A DNA stretch of 61,761 bases, filler included, from Aduncisulcus paluster (lineage: Eukaryota), in NCBI GenBank assembly GCA_024181965.1. It is 5 parts of 5 records of this genome, joined end to end, with 100 filler letters (N's around TTAATTAATTAA, not from the genome) between each part and the next. Parts side by side here need not be neighbours in the genome. Positions count along the whole stretch, not along the records: positions 51,252 to 61,761 come from BQXS01010798.1; 4 more parts are not named here. One strand, given 5' to 3'. Numbering within the stretch: position 1 is the stretch's first letter; each line of letters opens with the position of its first letter. Made by a program: the position numbers and the translations under genes. The notes below the pieces were generated by a model. The model had not been told where the DNA came from. It worked only from the letters and a program-made list of their open reading frames with translations, and made no database searches. Positions 56,996 to 61,761 of this stretch are shown here, one piece after another.

Positions 56996-57480
56996 ATGTT
57001 TACAAGGAAGATTCCACTTCCGTCAGTAAGAAACATCCTTCTGGCAGGTATGAGGATTCATTCCATCACCTCCCTTGACGTGGCCTTAGGCATCGCCCTG
57101 GAAGCGTTGAAAGACGCAAGGAAGACACATCATGCTCCGAGATCAAGGAAACAATCATCAGGAGGAGGCAAGAGAAGGAGATCCACGAAAACTTGCAATT
57201 ATTGTTCGAAGGTCGGATACGATGAAACTGAGTGCAGGAAGAAGATGAGAGACGAAGCTCAGAAGAAACAGAAAGGGAGGAATGCAAGCTCAAGACATAT
57301 CTCTATCGAGAACGAAGAAGATTCTATGGAGGCTAGAAGTGTTGCAGCAACCTTGGGATGCCAGAGAGGGAAATGTACTGCTATGTGGAAGTAGCAGGAA
57401 AACCCGTCGATGTTGTGACACTTGCAGACACAGGGGCTGACTGCAATCTAGTCCATCCAACATTCTTCAAGGAGATCGAA
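56996..57480 (+). mobile_element. Gypsy gag-protease fragment, frameshifted
   Basis: Degenerate knuckle CNYCSKVGYDETEC and aspartic protease motif LADTGADCNLV; boundaries approximate. Confidence 0.7.
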
Positions 57481-58498
57481 TCTTCGGTGCCAATCTCATC
57501 CTCAACAACGTCATCAATGGTTTCTTTCTATCCTCTGGCTTTGCATATACCGTCAGCGCCCTACACACTTGCAGAAATGCAGTCCTCAATCCTCTTTGTT
57601 CCTCCTCTCACTACATGCTTTGTGGTCCGAAACAAATTTCTCGAACTGCTGCACATTCAAAACCTTCAAGATAGGGGGTTCCAGATCAGCATATATGCAC
57701 GGAGAACCAGGATTTGGTCGAGGAGCTACTGGGTCCATAAGCGAGATCCCACCGGGATCCGCAAGATCTACACGACGCATTGGAGATTGATGAGGTTGAA
57801 AAGGTGGTAACTTAACATCATCCATGGGTATCGTGCTGACTACTGGAGGGGGAGGGCCTATAGAATCCTCTTCATGTGTTCTTGAAAACAACTCCTTCCT
57901 CACGTTGAGGGTTCGAAGGATCCACTGCGGCATCAGGTTGTGCCGAAACGATAGACTTCATCATGGCTTTGAACATTTGTTTGCGACACCGCATAACCCA
58001 AGATCAGTGATAACGATATCCATAAAGTGACTTGACTCTCAATGACACAACTGCTCTTTTCACCATGCCCCACCAATGTGTTACACTTCTTTATGAGTTT
58101 TTCGGCGTTAGGTATTTTCTTGACAGCATCGGGCGTAATGATATTAACAGAGGACCCTGTATCTATCAGTGCTGTCAAAGGAACGAATCCACTTTCCCTG
58201 TCTGAACCTAAAGATATTAGACGGCGAGATGACGTGATACCAGTGGATATTTTCTTTAGATCCTGATTATCTTTCTTTTTCCAACATTTATTTTCAGTAT
58301 GTCCTATTCTAACACAGAAAGAACACTGGGGGATCCGAGTGGGAGAATCTTGAACTAGAGCTCGAGTTAGAAACTCTCGGATGCGATCTTGACGAAGAGC
58401 TTGACTTGTGACTCCTGCCAGATTCCAAAGACGGTGTTGAATGACGTTGGGATTGTGGTTTCCGCGGAGCTGAAGTGTGCTGATCCGTACCTACAGAC
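57481..58498 (-). mobile_element. Two Gypsy fragments: gag CCHC plus protease (~58498-58010) and a gag N-terminus (~57930-57481)
   Basis: CSFCVRIGHTENKC is in frame with ALIDTGSSVNII. LEPPILK..FEKFVSDHK resembles the gag start of the 58578 element (LKPPFL..WSKFMNDHK). Confidence 0.7.
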
Positions 58499-60300
58499 AT
58501 TCTCAGGGATGTCCTATTTATAGAACTGTTTATTCAAATAATTTTGGCTTTGTTTACAGTATTAATACTCAGTTATTATGGCCGAATTATTAAAACCACC
58601 TTTTCTAACAAGGTTTTCAAAGGAAGATTGGTCTAAATTCATGAACGATCACAAGATTTATTCTGCTCGAGGTGGAAAAGGAACCTTGTCACACGTTGAT
58701 TGATGTCCACGTGTTATCAGCGTTGCGACCTGCAACAAAATGTGATGGGGACACAAACCCAGAGGAATTTCTGGTTGCGATTAAGAAGTTCTTTGGAGCT
58801 GGATCTACCCAGGGCTTTTACGACCAATCAAGACGAATTAAGCTGAAAAAGATGAAAGAACCAGAACTAATACAATACGTAGCCGCGTATCAGGAAATAA
58901 TCGCTTCGAACCCTGACGTTGGAAATGATGATACAGTCGGACGTTTATTCTTGGGAGGTTTACGAAATCAGAGACTGAAAGATCGCATAAGAAGTGAAGC
59001 GGACACGGCCGGGAAAGAAGACGACATCTCTTTTTTCATGGCTCAGGCTTTTATTGAATTATCTGAAATGATTCAGATCCGGGACGAAGTTTTAGCACAT
59101 GCATCGGAATCGAAATCAAGCTGAAACGTCGTGCAAGCGACAAAGGTGAGCATCGTGGTGAATGGCAGGGTGAAAAGAAACATTCCCAACAAAGGGATGG
59201 AAAACAGAAACATTTCCGTTGTTATCACAAAGATTTTAGAAAATCAGACCGGGCTAGAACAACACCAGGAGGTGAGACAAATCAAAGGAGATTTTACATA
59301 AAAAGACTGCTGAAGCGAAGGTGAGTAAATCTCCGGATGAGTATATGACACTGGTAAATAATGCAGGAGATGAGCAGAAAGTGTTTATTTTGCTAGACAC
59401 TGGATGTTCAATGTCTATCATTAACCGGAGAATAATAGCTAATTCCTTCGTAATTTCACGAGAAGTACTTCCGGAATATCAGCTAGAATTAGCCGATGGA
59501 AGTTGCATGGAAGTGTCAGAGAAATGGAAGATATTGGTTAAAGCAAACGGAGATTTTGGTACAGACTTATATTTTCATGAATGGGTAATACCGATTATAA
59601 TGAAAATAACCAACATGATCTTTTACTATGTTTTAATACAATAGTACGGTTAGATCTCCTGGGAGTGAGATTTCTTGTCATATCGGATCATACCGAGGAT
59701 TGGGATGCAGATTGGGAGATTTACTAAATCAAGCAAGTTTGATGAAGAGATCATATCAGAAGAGTTAAGAAGGGAATTGATACCCATTGTGAAGGATTAT
59801 ATTGAAAATGTTAATCCAGAACAACCGGTTTTAATGGAGCCAAAGATAATTGAGGTGGCTGAAGACACCCCATCTATAGCATACCGAGCTCGGAGACTTC
59901 CGGCTAAACATGACTGAATTTGTCAGAGAAGAGATTGACAGATTAATGGAAAAAATGATTATAATACGTGCGAAAAGCAGATTTGCCTCGCCAATACTCG
60001 TCATCCCTAAGAAAGGAAATAAGTTTCGCATACTATACTGTACTATAGGCGTTCGCGGTAATATATAGTCTTAGAAAGAACATACAGTTTTGCTTGGGCT
60101 GGCATTTCCGAATTGAGACCGATCATAGGAACTTGACGTTTGTATTGAAAAGCGAGTCAGCAAAGTTAATGGGATGGAGACTAGAGCTTGCAGAATACAC
60201 GTTTGAAATTGCTCACGTATACGGAGTGGATAACAAGCTGGCCGATTATTTATCTAGAAAACATCAACCAGTTAAAGAAACTGTCACCGCAAAATCGTAA
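58499..60300 (+). mobile_element. Degenerate, internally deleted Ty3/Gypsy element: LTR remnant, gag (ATG 58578), PR, start of RT, end of RNase H
   Basis: gag MAELLKPPFL..WSKF..YSARGGK is similar to the 55085 gag. LLDTGCSMSII; FASPILVIPKKGNKFRI jumps to FRIETDHRNL..NKLADYLSR. Several frameshifts. Confidence 0.85.
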
Positions 60301-60700
60301 GAAATATCCGTGATTTCGAATTAACTCATGGCCTCTAATTCCAACTTCATCACAGAAGTATATTCGTGCATTTGAAACATAAGCTCGTTTTAGACAAGAT
60401 TCATAGCGATAAATATCTACCCTGGGCTTCCCACCATTTTTTGATACTCATAAATAATAGTAAAATATATTTATACTTTTTATAATTTGTTTATTAATAA
60501 AGAATATATCAGAGTGTCTCACGTTTTTTACTCAATCAGAAAACCGACAATAATAAATAAAATAATGCCAAGAATAAGCAATATTTAATAAAAAGATAAC
60601 AATATAAATATTCTTCAAACATAAAATATCAAACATACTAACCACAAAGAAATCCTATCTAGGTTCATAATTCAGAGTATTGAATCTAATAATTATAATA

Positions 60701-61708
60701 ATGAATTTAGAAACTGATTTAATTGAATTAATTTTAAAAGAAAAGATAGAAAAACGTACTGTCCAAGATGCCATGTTCGATCCAAAACTATCATCAAGTA
60801 AGGTCTTTCAGTCAACACTTAAAAAACATTTGTATCAGGACTTTAAGAAAGAATTATGCCTTAAAGATGGAATGAAAATTTATTGTAAATGCTGTGAGCA
60901 ATCGTACGCCCACAATCCCCGAGTAATCGCCAAACATCTCCAAACAAAGAAACACTCAGAAAAATTCTTTAAAAGATATTTTAATCAACATTTAATATCC
61001 GCTCAATTTAGAAACATCCATGAAAAGTTGGTAGAAAGGTGTGATTCATTAGGTGTTTCAGTTGACATAATTTCAAAGCTATTTACTCCCGATATATGCG
61101 ATCTAATTCAAAATTACCCAGGACCAATGAAATTTTCAAGAAGCACAAGCTATAGAATTCAACAAGAAAGCCTGATAAAAACTGTTAATGGCCAGATAAT
61201 TAATCGGCCCCCGCCACCGTATTCCCTACTTCTTGATAAGTATAAATCAGGTTCAAAACATTTGTTAATGGTAATGTTAAAATCATCAAATATTTACTTG
61301 GCACTGGATTATGTAGATCTGGAGATGATCCAACGAGATCTTGAAAAGGCCAGATTGGCACAAATTGAGACGATCCAAACGTCCCGTGAAAATTTGCAAA
61401 AAGATGAAGAGGAGGAAGATGAGGAAGAAGAATCAATGTCAAATTCCATTGTCATTAATCGATCATCCTGTCTTGATGATATCACAGTACCAAGAGAAGA
61501 AATGGTCAAAGCCATAATCAAAATCTTAAATAAGCATAATATTCAGAAATGTCATATATCAGCGATCATTACTGATAGGGAAAAGATCATGGTGAGTATT
61601 GCTAACCAGTTGTTATCTGAAGGCTATGGATTTGTAGTTACCCATTGTTCTGTCCATATTGTTAATATTATAATAAGGGAATATTTACAAGACATGTCAT
61701 CATGTTGA
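60701..61708 (+). mobile_element. hAT-like DNA transposase, N-terminal half only
   Basis: Zinc finger CKCC..KHLQTKKH, first Asp in YSLLLD, second Asp in IITDREKIM and the CxxH motif THCSVHIVN. It stops before the catalytic Glu and dimerisation domain. A candidate left TIR CAGAGTGTCTCAC lies at 60510. Confidence 0.7.
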
Positions 61709-61761
61709 ATATTATAAATAAATTGGCCCACAGGAAAAGTATTATTATTTTTTATTGAAGG

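Overview
This is eukaryotic nuclear DNA from an AT-rich protist with short GT-AG introns (78-99 nt where both ends are well supported) and the standard genetic code. The divergent housekeeping genes and expanded kinase/helical-repeat/LRR families suggest a free-living fornicate such as Aduncisulcus (inference only). The window is five contigs joined by artificial 100-nt linkers (44 N + TTAATTAATTAA + 44 N), so adjacency across linkers has no biological meaning. Recognisable genes: an intron-containing ArfGAP, MMS19-like, HAUS1-like, V-ATPase subunit C, IPP isomerase, an Mcm10 C-terminal-domain protein, Nop15/NIFK, Kish, eIF4B-like, a giant ~2940-aa kinase and several members of a helical-repeat family. 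Mobile DNA: two fused R2/CRE-like non-LTR fragments, a nest of Ty3/Gypsy (chromovirus-like) elements and hAT-like transposase pieces. The most striking observation is that the Gypsy elements appear to have ultra-short LTRs (about 66 and 83 bp). Two of the elements carry a 12-bp palindrome with a compensatory base change where a tRNA primer-binding site should be, which may point to an undescribed priming or dimerisation mechanism. Other points of interest are an ArfGAP lacking the arginine finger, an Mcm10 apparently lacking its core domain, and a modular kinase/helical-repeat architecture.
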